From the NCBI GenBank assembly GCA_947167635.1, contig CAMVIT010000006.1, positions 4,172-68,171 on the forward strand: a stretch of 64,000 bases of DNA, given 5' to 3'. The notes under the pieces are model-generated. The model made no database searches. It was given only the letters and a program-made list of their open reading frames with translations, and was not told the DNA's origin. Below are positions 1 through 10,127 of the stretch, piece by piece; within the stretch, counting starts at the first letter, position 1; every line of letters starts with the position of its first letter. The translations under genes and the position numbers were made by a program. This DNA comes from an uncultured Bacteroidales bacterium. Its GTDB lineage: Bacteria > Bacteroidota > Bacteroidia > Bacteroidales > WCHB1-69.

Positions 1-90
1 AATGAAAAATATGAGAAAAACACCAGGACCAATGCCAAAGGCGACCGCGTTGGACCTAAATGGATAAGAGAAATACCTGATTATGACTAA
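1..90 (+). CDS. 3' end of an upstream gene (partial, product unknown)
   Basis: Frame 1 is open from the window edge to TAA at 88-90 and overlaps the next ATG (ATGACTAA). A competing short frame ends at 65-67, so the frame choice is uncertain. Confidence 0.3.
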   Translation, partial: NEKYEKNTRTNAKGDRVGPKWIREIPDYD

Positions 91-1195
91 AATATCTATA
101 ACGCGCAGGCTGATCCTGCTGCTGCTTCCTGTTGCAATCTTGTTTTCGAGCTGTAAAGACCAACTTGATTTGACCGCTGACTACAAGGATATCACCATCT
201 CATACGGCATCATCAATGTGCAGGATCCCGTACATTATTTCAAAATATACAAAGGCTATCTTACAGATGAAAACGCCCTCGTGCAGGCTTCCGACTGGAA
301 CAGCATCTACTATCCCGTGGATTCTATTGAAGTGCGGTTGGAAGAGTACAGCGGCAACGGCGCGTTGACTTTTTCAGACATTCTGGACACGACGACCGTC
401 ATTCCTAAAGATGAAGGGTATTTTGCGAATCCCGGGCAACTGCTCTACTATTCCGCTCGTCAACTCGACCCTGAAAAAAAATATCGTCTGGTTATCAAAC
501 GTCTGAGTACGGGCAAAGAGATCTATGCGGAGACCCTCTTGGTCGGAACGTGCAAGATGACACGCCCCATTGATCAAAACCCCTTCAATTCAAAGGACAA
601 CAACGGCCCGAAATTCTTGGTTACGGGGGAGGGCAGTGCTTCGGCCAAAGACATGCATGCCGCCATCTGCGACTTCTACCTGACTTTCCACTACCTCGAA
701 ATCGACAAAACAACGGGCGAACGCTCCCACAAGACCCTTTCCCGCAAGATGAACTCTTCTTACAGGACCCCGAAATCGGACGGTGACATCGACTTTGACG
801 GTTTCAAGCCCACAACTCTCTTGCATTTTTTGGCAGAACATATTCAGGAAAACGCCAATGTCACCCGGTATATCGACTCTGTAGATGGATTACCCTATTT
901 CTGTTTGGAGATCGAGGCGTGGTTGGCCAATGACCATTTCCAGATCTATCAGCAAGTGGCCAATCCCAACACCAGTATTGTCCAAAATCGTTTGGAATAC
1001 ACCAATTTTGTTTCCGATGACAGCGATGCATACGGTCTTTTGGCATCCAGAAGCAGTGTCAGAAGACTATTCAAGTTTGACAACACAAACGGCAAGTACA
1101 ACGAAGACTCGCTGGTGTGGGGCAGCATAACGGGAAAGCTGAATTTCGACTATTACCGAAACTCTCCCGAGTTCGTTGATTTGTCGCATGAATAG
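83..1195 (+). CDS. hypothetical lipoprotein
   Basis: Complete 370-aa ORF. N-terminal signal peptide ends in the lipobox-like LFSSC. No catalytic motif recognised. Confidence 0.7.
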   Translation: MTKISITRRLILLLLPVAILFSSCKDQLDLTADYKDITISYGIINVQDPVHYFKIYKGYLTDENALVQASDWNSIYYPVDSIEVRLEEYSGNGALTFSDILDTTTVIPKDEGYFANPGQLLYYSARQLDPEKKYRLVIKRLSTGKEIYAETLLVGTCKMTRPIDQNPFNSKDNNGPKFLVTGEGSASAKDMHAAICDFYLTFHYLEIDKTTGERSHKTLSRKMNSSYRTPKSDGDIDFDGFKPTTLLHFLAEHIQENANVTRYIDSVDGLPYFCLEIEAWLANDHFQIYQQVANPNTSIVQNRLEYTNFVSDDSDAYGLLASRSSVRRLFKFDNTNGKYNEDSLVWGSITGKLNFDYYRNSPEFVDLSHE

Positions 1196-1221
1196 CCTCG
1201 CCGGCAATCGATGGGTACTGC

Positions 1222-2817
1222 CTATTTCTTGCGGAAGGCGGTATGCATTTCCACCTTGTTCTGAAATTTCTTCCAGTCTTTATGTGACGGATCAGTCCAA
1301 ACACACTCTGCAAGCGCGCAAATGCGCGGGTAGATCATGTAGTTGGCCTGTTTCGGCGTGTTGATGAACTCGGTCCACAGATTGCATTGCCCGCCCAGGA
1401 TGTGTTTTTGGGCTGTGGCGTCCAGCCCTTCCGGCATGGGGTCGAAAGAGTAGGCTGTCTCCAAGGTGATGAGGCCTTCCATGGCGAGCGGTTCGCTCTT
1501 GGGATCGTTTTGGTAGAAGTTGAAGTAGCAGTGCGAAGTGGGGCACCGGATGATGTCATTGCCGTGTTTGGCCGCGATGACAGCCGTTTTCGGGTCTTGC
1601 CAGCTCATGATGGTGGACTTGTTGACCATGTCTTCGGAAACGATGTCGTCCCACACGATGGCTTTTTTGTCAAGTGTTTTCATGTACTCCTCGATTTCAT
1701 TCATGAGCCACTGCTGCAAGGCCATCTCGTCTTTGAGTTTCAGGTCTGCGATGCGTTGTTGGCATTTGGGGCAGACTTGCCAGTTGTCGTTGAAAGCCTC
1801 GTCGCCGCCGATGTGGATATAGGGGTAGGGGAAGAGCTCTGCGACCTCTTTGAGCACGTCTTTGTAGAATTCAAGCACACCGTCGTTGCCGGCGCACATG
1901 ATGGCCTTGGGCGGCCAGTAGGGGCCCACGGCCACAGTGTAGGGATAGTCGTCACAGGCATATTGCGGATAGGCGGCGAGGATGGCGCTGCAGTGCCCGG
2001 GGATTTCGATCTCGGGAATGATGTCAATGTGTCGTGCGGCGGCGTACTCCACAATCTCGCACACTTGATCCTTGGTGTAAAAGCCGCCGTAGGTCATCGG
2101 CTCGTCGGGCAGCACAGGGTGCAGCGTGTCCCATTTCGAACGCTCGGGACGCCAGGCACCCTTTGTGGTCAAAGCGGGGTATTTGTCGATCTGGATGCGC
2201 CAACCGTGGTCGTCGGTCAAGTGCCAGTGGAACTTGTTGAGCTTGTAGGTGGCCATCATGTCCAAGTACTTCTTGACATAATTCACATCGAAAAAGTGAC
2301 GCGACACATCGAGATGAGCCCCGCGGTAGGCAAATCGCGGATGGTCGGTAATCTTGGCGCAGGGAATGGTGGGCTTCCCGCCTTCGGTCAGCTGTGAGGG
2401 ATAACTCATCTGTTTCAGCGTCTGGAAGGCGTAAAAAAGACCGGCCGTGGTGTTCGCCTTGGCGACGACACGACGTCCCGTGACGGTGAGTTCGTAGCCC
2501 TCGTCACCCAATGCCTCGTTCCTTTTTTTGTTGACCTCGAAGAGCATGCTGTTCTTGCCGGCACTCTCCTCGTCCCCCAAGTTGGGCTTGAACTTGAAGA
2601 AATCCGAATATTGCTCCCGTATGGTGTTCGTTATGGCACGTTCGTTCTCGGGGATGTTGCTGAAACAGAGAAATGTTCCCTCGTCTGGGGTGAAATGCCC
2701 CTTCTTGGGTGTGCATTCCTGAGGTTCGGGAATGATGGCAATGGGCTCCACTTTCTGACAACTGTCCGTTAAAAGAATGCTTAATAACAAGATAATGAGT
2801 AAGTTAATACGTTTCAT
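1222..2817 (-). CDS. beta-N-acetylhexosaminidase (GH20)
   Basis: 531-aa ORF with a lipoprotein-type signal (LLTDSC). GH20 signatures KFHWHLTDDHGWR and YIHIGGDE are present. Confidence 0.9.
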   Translation of the reverse strand: MKRINLLIILLLSILLTDSCQKVEPIAIIPEPQECTPKKGHFTPDEGTFLCFSNIPENERAITNTIREQYSDFFKFKPNLGDEESAGKNSMLFEVNKKRNEALGDEGYELTVTGRRVVAKANTTAGLFYAFQTLKQMSYPSQLTEGGKPTIPCAKITDHPRFAYRGAHLDVSRHFFDVNYVKKYLDMMATYKLNKFHWHLTDDHGWRIQIDKYPALTTKGAWRPERSKWDTLHPVLPDEPMTYGGFYTKDQVCEIVEYAAARHIDIIPEIEIPGHCSAILAAYPQYACDDYPYTVAVGPYWPPKAIMCAGNDGVLEFYKDVLKEVAELFPYPYIHIGGDEAFNDNWQVCPKCQQRIADLKLKDEMALQQWLMNEIEEYMKTLDKKAIVWDDIVSEDMVNKSTIMSWQDPKTAVIAAKHGNDIIRCPTSHCYFNFYQNDPKSEPLAMEGLITLETAYSFDPMPEGLDATAQKHILGGQCNLWTEFINTPKQANYMIYPRICALAECVWTDPSHKDWKKFQNKVEMHTAFRKK

Positions 2818-2989
2818 AAAAGGTGTGTTTTAAAGTGCGAAAATACGAAAAGATATTCAAATGCAACGGTTAGCAATTTTTTTTTGACGATGCAAATTAT
2901 GCATGCTTATTGAATATCTTTGCTACGCTTTTTTGGTGTATTATGCAATAAAAGCAAGATATTGGAGTTTTGAAATAAATTTTTTGATT

Positions 2990-4768
2990 ATGAAAAGAAT
3001 ATTGTTTTTGTTGACAAGTGTCTTGTGTGTCATCGCCTCGTTAGCCCAGGCTGACAAAGCCAAATATTATATCGAAGGCGATTATTCCATCAGTCGTGCT
3101 GCGAACGGACAATTTGTCTATAACCTGACCGACATCTCCTCCAAAGGTATCTTCTTCTCCGTGCCCGACACGTTGCGCGGTGTGGTGGAAGAGGACGAGT
3201 CCATCTCTTTCACCTTCGAGAAGGCCACCACAGACTGCCCCGATGGCTTTAAGGATGGGCTCAAGTTCTGGAAATGGCAGAACAATGGCAAGAATTACAG
3301 CTGGCAACGCGACAGCGAGGTGAAGGATGCCCAACAGAACTTCGAAACCGACAAGATTATGGTGGCGATGTTGATTCTTGACTGCAGCAACTCCCTGGGC
3401 GACGCCAACTTTGCAAAGTTGCAAAGCAGTGCCATCAAGTTCCTGGACATCCTCTACAACGCTTCTCCGGACGGCAGTGTCCGTATTGGCATTGTAGGCT
3501 TCAACACCATGAGCAATACCGATGAGATGGTGCGCGACATCGAGCCCTTGACCGCCAGCTCAAAGGACCGCATGGTTCAGTTTATCCACGGCTTGACGTT
3601 GTACAACAACACTTCCCTTTATTACGCCATGCGCAAGGGTTCCGACATGATCGCCGATTATGTGGCCTCGCTTCCGGATTCCGAGCGCGACAAGTTTGAC
3701 CATGCCTGCATGGTATCCTTCACCGATGGCTATGACAACCACTCCAAGGACGAACGCCTCGGCGTGCCTCAAAGAGGCCTTGACAACCCCTATTTCCAAT
3801 ATATCCGCGACAACGTGGTGAACCGCTCCGTGGGCGGCAAGTCCCTCAAGAGCCATGTCATCGCTGTCAAGGGCAACGATGTCTCCGAGGACAACAAACT
3901 CTACAAGGAGGTTTTCCAAGGCATCTCTTCCGAAGACCCTGTCTTGTTGGATGACTTCTCCCAGGTGGAGGCCCAGTTCGAGAAAATGGCCAACGACCTC
4001 ATCAAGCGGTGGCAGAACCTGACCTGCTATGTGCCCAGCGCCCACCAAGGCCGCGTGCGCTGGACTATCGGCGACTATACCGACAACAATGTCATTGTTC
4101 CCAAAGTGCAGGAAAAAACTCCGGCTGTCACCTATAGCAAAAGACCCTTCCTTGGTGTGAATGCCGGCCTTGACTTCGAGATTGCCTCCCAAACAAAAAC
4201 CCTGACCTATGGCGGTCTGTGTGCCGGTTTCGATTTCGCCTTCCCCACGAAGAAAAAAGATAACATGGCCGTAGGCGGCATGCTTTCCCTCAAGTGGCCC
4301 TTCTTCGTGCACGGTCCGTTCCATATCGGCCTTGGACCGCTGATGTTGGTGGGCGATTATGAGAACAAAGTCGCCTTCATGCTGGGCGGTGCGGTGGATC
4401 TTAGGTTCCACAATACGGTGGAGCGTCCCAAGAAGTTCACGTGGACGGCTGACAACAAGATGGGTGCCGGCGGCACACTGCGACTCGGTCTCACCACCAT
4501 CAAACATAAACTTTACTTTTTCACCGACTTGACGCTCGGTGGATTCCACGCCTATTACAAAGATCCGCTTGCGGCTCCTGCAGGTGTTTATGATGTGAAT
4601 GATAATTATGTGCAAGGCCAGGAGTTGCAAAATCGCTGGGGACACGACGAGACTTTCTATACGGGTCCCAGTACGGATGAAAACAGAGCTGTGATCGAAC
4701 AGTTCTACAGATACGACACGCATCCGCTCTATTTCAACTTCTCCTTCAACGTAGGCTATCGTTTCTAA
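2990..4768 (+). CDS. secreted vWA-domain protein with probable C-terminal beta-barrel
   Basis: Internal ATG at 2990 gives the signal peptide MKRILFLLTSVLCVIASLAQA. MIDAS-like DxSxS motif (ILDCSNSLG). The Gly/aromatic-rich C-terminal third ends in ...GYRF, an OMP-like terminal Phe. Confidence 0.75.
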   Translation: MKRILFLLTSVLCVIASLAQADKAKYYIEGDYSISRAANGQFVYNLTDISSKGIFFSVPDTLRGVVEEDESISFTFEKATTDCPDGFKDGLKFWKWQNNGKNYSWQRDSEVKDAQQNFETDKIMVAMLILDCSNSLGDANFAKLQSSAIKFLDILYNASPDGSVRIGIVGFNTMSNTDEMVRDIEPLTASSKDRMVQFIHGLTLYNNTSLYYAMRKGSDMIADYVASLPDSERDKFDHACMVSFTDGYDNHSKDERLGVPQRGLDNPYFQYIRDNVVNRSVGGKSLKSHVIAVKGNDVSEDNKLYKEVFQGISSEDPVLLDDFSQVEAQFEKMANDLIKRWQNLTCYVPSAHQGRVRWTIGDYTDNNVIVPKVQEKTPAVTYSKRPFLGVNAGLDFEIASQTKTLTYGGLCAGFDFAFPTKKKDNMAVGGMLSLKWPFFVHGPFHIGLGPLMLVGDYENKVAFMLGGAVDLRFHNTVERPKKFTWTADNKMGAGGTLRLGLTTIKHKLYFFTDLTLGGFHAYYKDPLAAPAGVYDVNDNYVQGQELQNRWGHDETFYTGPSTDENRAVIEQFYRYDTHPLYFNFSFNVGYRF

Positions 4769-5895
4769 TCCACGATAAAGAGATTTTCGGCAATGCCGTC
4801 GGCAAACCAGAGCCCCTCCGCGGTGAGTCTCAGTTTGCCGGCGGCGTTTTCGTATTGGCTGGCGGGCACATGCTCCTGGAAGTGGTTCAAGATTCCCTGC
4901 GCCCTTTCGTTGCCGTATTGGGCACGCAATGCCTCCAGATCGAGGCCCTTGCGGGTGCGCAAAGCGAGCAACACTGTCTCGTTGTAGAGGTCGGCGGAGG
5001 AGAGTTCCTCCCGCTCCTCGCAGGTGATGCCGTGGGCCACGTTCTCCCCGTATCGCTTCAGGTTGGCCGGATTCCATTGCCGTGAGCGTCCGTCGAAGGA
5101 GTGTGCGGCGGGCCCCAATCCCAAATATGGAGTATGGTCCCAATAAGCCGAGTTGTGCCGGGACTCGAAACCCGGGAGGCAGTAGTTGGAGACCTCATAC
5201 TGCCGGAAGTCCGTGTGGACAAGGTGCTCGTGCAGAAGTTTGTATTGCCGCTCCGCCTGCTCGTCGTCCACGGGTGCGTGTTTCCCACCTTGGATTTGCT
5301 TGTGGAGCCTGCTGTTCTCCTCTTCCGTGAGGGCGTAGCAGGAGAGATGCTGTATGGGCATTCGGAAGGCCATGTCAAGGTCTTGGCCCCATTGCTCGTC
5401 GGTGCGTTCCGACACACCGTAGATGAGGTCGATGGAGATGTTGTTGAAGCCCGCGGCATAGGCGTTTTCCACCGCATGAATGGCCTGTTGCGCAGTGTGG
5501 CGGCGGCCCATGAATCGGAGCACATGTTCTTGGAACGACTGCACCCCGATGCTCAGGCGGTTGAAGCCCAGCGCTCGCAGCGCTTTGCAGTACTCCGGGG
5601 TGAGCTGCTCGGGATTGGCCTCCAGCGTTATTTCCTTGAGGCCGCCACAGTCGTGGTGTTGCTTCAGCTGTTGTAAAATTTGCAACAGCTCGTCGGCGGA
5701 GAGCAGGCTCGGGGTGCCGCCTCCGAAATAGAGGGTATGGATGGGACTGTGGGAAAGATAGTCGCGGCGAAGTTTGATTTCTTCCAACAATATGTTGACA
5801 TACAGTTCTTTGTTGCGAGTGTTTGCCACGGAGTAAAAGCCGCAGTAGAGGCACTTGCTCAGACAAAAGGGGACATGTATGTAGATGCCGGACAT
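4765..5895 (-). CDS. hemW: radical SAM HemN-family protein (HemW-like heme chaperone / coproporphyrinogen III oxidase-like)
   Basis: N-terminal CxxxCxxC radical-SAM cluster motif (PFCLSKCLYCGF), GGGTPS motif, 376 aa. Confidence 0.85.
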   Translation of the reverse strand: MSGIYIHVPFCLSKCLYCGFYSVANTRNKELYVNILLEEIKLRRDYLSHSPIHTLYFGGGTPSLLSADELLQILQQLKQHHDCGGLKEITLEANPEQLTPEYCKALRALGFNRLSIGVQSFQEHVLRFMGRRHTAQQAIHAVENAYAAGFNNISIDLIYGVSERTDEQWGQDLDMAFRMPIQHLSCYALTEEENSRLHKQIQGGKHAPVDDEQAERQYKLLHEHLVHTDFRQYEVSNYCLPGFESRHNSAYWDHTPYLGLGPAAHSFDGRSRQWNPANLKRYGENVAHGITCEEREELSSADLYNETVLLALRTRKGLDLEALRAQYGNERAQGILNHFQEHVPASQYENAAGKLRLTAEGLWFADGIAENLFIVD

Positions 5896-5912
5896 GTTTT
5901 GGGACTAAAGCG

Positions 5913-5942
5913 AAAAAAAGCACCTGTTAGGTGACAGGTGCT
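5913..5942 (-). terminator. rho-independent terminator downstream of the alpha-oxoamine synthase gene
   Basis: Perfect 9-bp stem (agcacctgt / acaggtgct) with a 6-nt loop, followed on the minus strand by a T7 run. Confidence 0.7.
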
Positions 5943-5961
5943 TGACTATCTAAGGTGTTGT

Positions 5962-7230
5962 TTATTTCTTGAAGAGGTTCATGTCGGGAATGGGCTTGTC
6001 ATAGACGCCTTGTGCCAATCGTTCCTTGATGTCGCGGAAGGCATCGAGGGTGCGGTTGACATCCTCCATGCTGTGTGCGGCGGTGGGGATGATGCGGAAG
6101 ATGAGCATTCCGGCGGGGATGACAGGGTAAGTGACAATGGAGCAGAAGATGTTGTAGTTTTCGCGCAGGTCAACGGCGATGTTGGCGGCTTGGTTGACGC
6201 CGCATTCCAGATGAACCGGGGTGACGCATGCCTCGGCGGGTCCGATTTCATAGCCTAACTCACGGAAGCCTTTTTGCAGGCTGCGGGTGATTTTCCAGAG
6301 TTGTTCCCGGAGTTTGTCGCCCTCTTCGCTGCGAATGATTTCGAGACGTTTCAGACAGCCTTCCACGATGGGCATGGGCAGTGATTTGGCGTACATCTGG
6401 GAACGCATGTTGTAGCGCAGGTAGTTGATGATTTGTTTTTCGGAAGCGACAAAGCCGCCGATGGTGGCCATGGATTTGGCGTAGGCGCCGATGTAGATGT
6501 CAATGTCGTCCATCACGCCAAAGTGCTCGGAGGTGCCTCTGCCGTGGGGCCCCATGCAGCCGAAGCCGTGGGCGTCGTCGATGAGGATGCGGAACGGGTA
6601 TTTCTTCTTGAGGGCTGCAATTTGGTCGAGGATGCCGAGGGCGCCGGTCATGCCGAACACGCCTTCGGTGATGAGCAGCACGCCGCCGCCTTGCTCGTCG
6701 GCGATCTTGCAGGCGTTGGCCATCACCCTCTCGCAGTCTTGGATGTTGTTGTGACGGAATTTGAACTTCTTGCCGATATGGAGACGGATGCCGTCCAAAA
6801 GGCAGGCGTGGGCCTCCGCATCATACACGATGACATCGTGACGGCAGACCAGGGAGTCGATGGTGGACAGGATCCCTTGGTAGCCGAAATTGAACTCAAA
6901 GGCGGCCTCCTTATGCTCGAAATCGGCCAGTTCTCTCTCCAGTTGCTCGTGCAGTGCGGTCTGCCCGGTCATCATGCGGCTTCCCATCGGATAGGCCATG
7001 CCCCAACGGGCCGCGCCTTCCGCATCGGCCTTGCGCACTTCGGGATGGTTCGCCAGGCCGAGATAGTTGTTGAGGCTCCAACAGAGTACATTCTTCCCGT
7101 TGAAACGCATGTGCGGACCAAGTTCGCCTTCCAGTTTCGGGAATGCGAAATAACCGTCGATTTTTTCACGATATTGTCCTATCGGACCACCAGAAGACTC
7201 TTTGAGTCTGTCAAAAATGTCATTTATCAT
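5962..7230 (-). CDS. alpha-oxoamine synthase family PLP enzyme (BioF/Kbl/serine palmitoyltransferase/cysteate acyltransferase-like; substrate not assignable)
   Basis: 422-aa ORF with the class II aminotransferase layout: NNYLGLANHPEV, DDAHGFG, and PLP-lysine context AYAKSMATIGGF. Confidence 0.85.
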   Translation of the reverse strand: MINDIFDRLKESSGGPIGQYREKIDGYFAFPKLEGELGPHMRFNGKNVLCWSLNNYLGLANHPEVRKADAEGAARWGMAYPMGSRMMTGQTALHEQLERELADFEHKEAAFEFNFGYQGILSTIDSLVCRHDVIVYDAEAHACLLDGIRLHIGKKFKFRHNNIQDCERVMANACKIADEQGGGVLLITEGVFGMTGALGILDQIAALKKKYPFRILIDDAHGFGCMGPHGRGTSEHFGVMDDIDIYIGAYAKSMATIGGFVASEKQIINYLRYNMRSQMYAKSLPMPIVEGCLKRLEIIRSEEGDKLREQLWKITRSLQKGFRELGYEIGPAEACVTPVHLECGVNQAANIAVDLRENYNIFCSIVTYPVIPAGMLIFRIIPTAAHSMEDVNRTLDAFRDIKERLAQGVYDKPIPDMNLFKK

Positions 7231-7269
7231 ATTTTTGAATAATAAAGTTATGGATGATCTTTTGTTGAA

Positions 7270-8781
7270 TTATTCTTGATTCCCTGCGGCTTTGGCGGCC
7301 TCTTCCGCTTTCAGGCGTGTGATTTTCTCATACTCCTCCAGGAATTGCGGCAGATTGTGCATGTCGATGCGCTTGTTGAGGATGATCTCGTGCTTGGAGT
7401 TGAGGATGAACATGGCGGGATTGCCGGTCTCGTAGATGCCGAAATAGTCCAAATAGTCGATGTTGCCCTTGTTGCCGCCCACATTGGTCCAGGGATAGTT
7501 GTTTTCTTTCACATATTTTTTCCACGCTTCGATGGTGTCGTCGTTGCCAATGGCATAGACGTCAAAATTGCGCTTGCCGATGGTCTCTAAGGAGTCATAT
7601 ACCTGACGCAGGGCTTTTGACTCCTTTTTGCAAGTGGGGCAGTTGGGATCGAAAAACCAAAGGATGGTATAGGGCTTGGAGAGACGGTAGGAGGATTTCC
7701 AATACCGCGCGTCTTCGTATAGATTGGTGTCGGGGATGATCAGCTCCGGGGCAATCTTGCCAATCAGAATGGGCTCAAGACGTTTGACACGCTTTTGGTA
7801 TTTTCCGAGGATGTCTTCATCAAGCCAGTAACATTTGCCTGCCAGCTGGTTGGTCTTGGCAATGTGACAGAAAACGGCGTCGTGGCCGATGATCTTGCTG
7901 GTCTCGAACTCGTAAGTGAGCCAACTGACACAATAACGGTACATGAAGGTGTCGGGCTCGGTCTTGGCCAAAAACATGTCGATATATTTGTTGATAGTGT
8001 CCGACTCTTGGTGGTAGAGCAGCTTGGTGAAATAATCCTTCATTTTCGGTTCGAAAGAGGGGATGTAGATGAAACGGCGGTCGGCCAGGTCGAAGTTGTC
8101 CCAGAAGTGCGTGCGGTAATAGATCACTTGCGCCACTTGGTCGGTGGTTCCATCGTCTTTTTTGAATTCGGGCACGTCAATGTCCAAGTAGGATTTTTGC
8201 ATCTTGGAGAACAGGTAGTCAGGATGTGCGGCAATGAGGTCGTCAATGAAGGTACGCATCTCTTCGTTGAGTCCCTTGAGTTTGTCCATATAGAAGTCGG
8301 CACTGTCTTTGATGCCCTTGTCATCGAACTCTTTTTTCTTCTTGGCCCATTCCATGGAGATTTTCTGGGCTTCGGCGGTCTTTTTTTGGAATTTCAACAT
8401 CTCCTCGTTCTCGGGCGAGCGGAGAACGGTGAAGCCGTGTACATCGGAGGTGGTGTCAAGGTTGTAGGTGAAAAATTGGTTGTTGTCGATAATGAAGTTG
8501 AGATAGAGTCTCTTGTCCTGGGAAACCAGGGAGTACAAGCCGTCGTCATACCTGTTGTCGCCTTTGAAGATGAACTTGCCGGGCGAGGTGGGCTTTACGG
8601 AATCCTTGAGAATCAGTTTTTCATTGTAATGGATGACCAAATAGACGAGGTTGTCCTTGGAATCCTTGATGTTGAAAATCAACTCATGTCCTTTTTGAGG
8701 TGCGCTTTTGCCTTTTTGGGCAAACACATTGCCAAAGGTGAAAATGGCCAGGCACAGAAGGAACAGATATTTTTTTTTCAT
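7270..8781 (-). CDS. secreted thioredoxin-fold (TlpA-like) thiol-disulfide oxidoreductase with a long N-terminal extension
   Basis: Signal peptide. C-terminal Trx-like region with the CxxC motif WFFDPNCPTCKKE. Confidence 0.8.
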   Translation of the reverse strand: MKKKYLFLLCLAIFTFGNVFAQKGKSAPQKGHELIFNIKDSKDNLVYLVIHYNEKLILKDSVKPTSPGKFIFKGDNRYDDGLYSLVSQDKRLYLNFIIDNNQFFTYNLDTTSDVHGFTVLRSPENEEMLKFQKKTAEAQKISMEWAKKKKEFDDKGIKDSADFYMDKLKGLNEEMRTFIDDLIAAHPDYLFSKMQKSYLDIDVPEFKKDDGTTDQVAQVIYYRTHFWDNFDLADRRFIYIPSFEPKMKDYFTKLLYHQESDTINKYIDMFLAKTEPDTFMYRYCVSWLTYEFETSKIIGHDAVFCHIAKTNQLAGKCYWLDEDILGKYQKRVKRLEPILIGKIAPELIIPDTNLYEDARYWKSSYRLSKPYTILWFFDPNCPTCKKESKALRQVYDSLETIGKRNFDVYAIGNDDTIEAWKKYVKENNYPWTNVGGNKGNIDYLDYFGIYETGNPAMFILNSKHEIILNKRIDMHNLPQFLEEYEKITRLKAEEAAKAAGNQE

Positions 8782-8796
8782 AATTAAAGGTTGTTT

Positions 8797-10110
8797 TTAT
8801 TTCTTGCTAAAAAATAATCGCAGCTCATCTAACGTGATTTGGCGTTTGATTATTGTGTGGTTTTGTGAATTGTCGATCAAAAGGATCACGGGCGTGGTCA
8901 TGATATCGAAATATTCGATGAAGTCGATGTTTTGATCCCCGCGCGAGGTGCTGAGATTGGTCCAGTCCCATAATTGGTGCTTGTCGGAGAAGGCTTTCCA
9001 ACGGTCGTAGTCGTCGTTGACCTCGATGGCAAAAACTTCGAAATCGTAATCGCGTCCGTGTTCCTGGTAGAACCGGTGCAACGGCGGGGTCATCTCCTGG
9101 CAATGGTCGCAGTCGGGGTCCCAGAACCAAAGCACGGTATAGCGTCTCTGGATATCGTTGGTGGAGTGCGCTTTGCCATGGATGTCGTGGGAGATGAGTT
9201 CCGGGATTTGCGCGCCAGGGATAATCTTGCGCAGGTTGTTGATTTTGCGTTCGATTCGACGTTCGGAACCCTCTTCGACCCAGGTGTGGTCGTAATGGTC
9301 GTAGAGATACACCAACACGGGGTCGTAGTCGGGATTGTGAACATCCAGCAGGGAGAACAACGCACGGATGTAGCAGTTGCGCACGGCGGCGTTGGTACAG
9401 CGCGACAGCAGCGCGTCTGCTTTGGCAATGCAGACGGAAGCCTCCTGGCTCTCGGGCTGCACAATGTAGTTCAGGATGTTTTGTATGTAGGCATTGGGCA
9501 CATGCAAGAGGCGCGTGTCCGAAAAATCGATGGCGTTGAGTTGTTGGCGGAAGGCGGCATCTCCCTTGATGGGAGCTCCGACGGTCTCCGTCGCGCGGAT
9601 GTATTTGCTGACAAAGGAACTGGGTGAGGTGGTGGTGAAGTTGTTGAAGACCGACTGCGCAAGGGCAGGCGTCGTGGCGGCGGCCTTCTGCTCATAATAG
9701 CGGAACAGCTGGTTGTTCTCTTCGCTGTTGGTCGTCAGATGCTCGCCGAGGTTGACGTAGAATTTCGTGGTTTGGTTGAAGACAATGTCCTTCCCTTGCC
9801 GGTTCAGCTCCTCAGATGAACGCACGTCGGGAGTGGAGGAGATGGTGTAGATGCCGCGCGGGATGTTGTTCTTGTTCTTGAATTCGGCCCTCCCCCGGAA
9901 CACAATGGCACTGTCGATGCAGACGACATCGAGGCCGTCATATCCATAAAGATAGATGGGCTTGTTCTCTTGGGCGCGATCGATGTTTGTGAGGACGATG
10001 TCGTACCCCGTCTGTGCGGAGCCAGCCGTGTTTCCGGAAGTCATTTGCTCTGGAATGATGCAGCCCCAGGCGATAACGCAGAGTGCCAGAAGAAGCAGTC
10101 GGATTTTCAT
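8797..10110 (-). CDS. secreted thioredoxin-fold (TlpA-like) protein, paralogue of the upstream gene
   Basis: Signal peptide. CxxC motif WFWDPDCDHCQEM. Same N-extension plus Trx architecture as 7270-8781. Confidence 0.8.
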   Translation of the reverse strand: MKIRLLLLALCVIAWGCIIPEQMTSGNTAGSAQTGYDIVLTNIDRAQENKPIYLYGYDGLDVVCIDSAIVFRGRAEFKNKNNIPRGIYTISSTPDVRSSEELNRQGKDIVFNQTTKFYVNLGEHLTTNSEENNQLFRYYEQKAAATTPALAQSVFNNFTTTSPSSFVSKYIRATETVGAPIKGDAAFRQQLNAIDFSDTRLLHVPNAYIQNILNYIVQPESQEASVCIAKADALLSRCTNAAVRNCYIRALFSLLDVHNPDYDPVLVYLYDHYDHTWVEEGSERRIERKINNLRKIIPGAQIPELISHDIHGKAHSTNDIQRRYTVLWFWDPDCDHCQEMTPPLHRFYQEHGRDYDFEVFAIEVNDDYDRWKAFSDKHQLWDWTNLSTSRGDQNIDFIEYFDIMTTPVILLIDNSQNHTIIKRQITLDELRLFFSKK

Positions 10111-10127
10111 GTCAGGAGGATTGGGGA

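Noticed and set aside
4765-4768. Convergent vWA and hemW genes overlap by 4 nt at their stop codons (CTAA gives TAA on the plus strand and TAG on the minus strand).
   Set aside because: This is a real but trivial compact-genome arrangement. No regulatory structure is visible around it.
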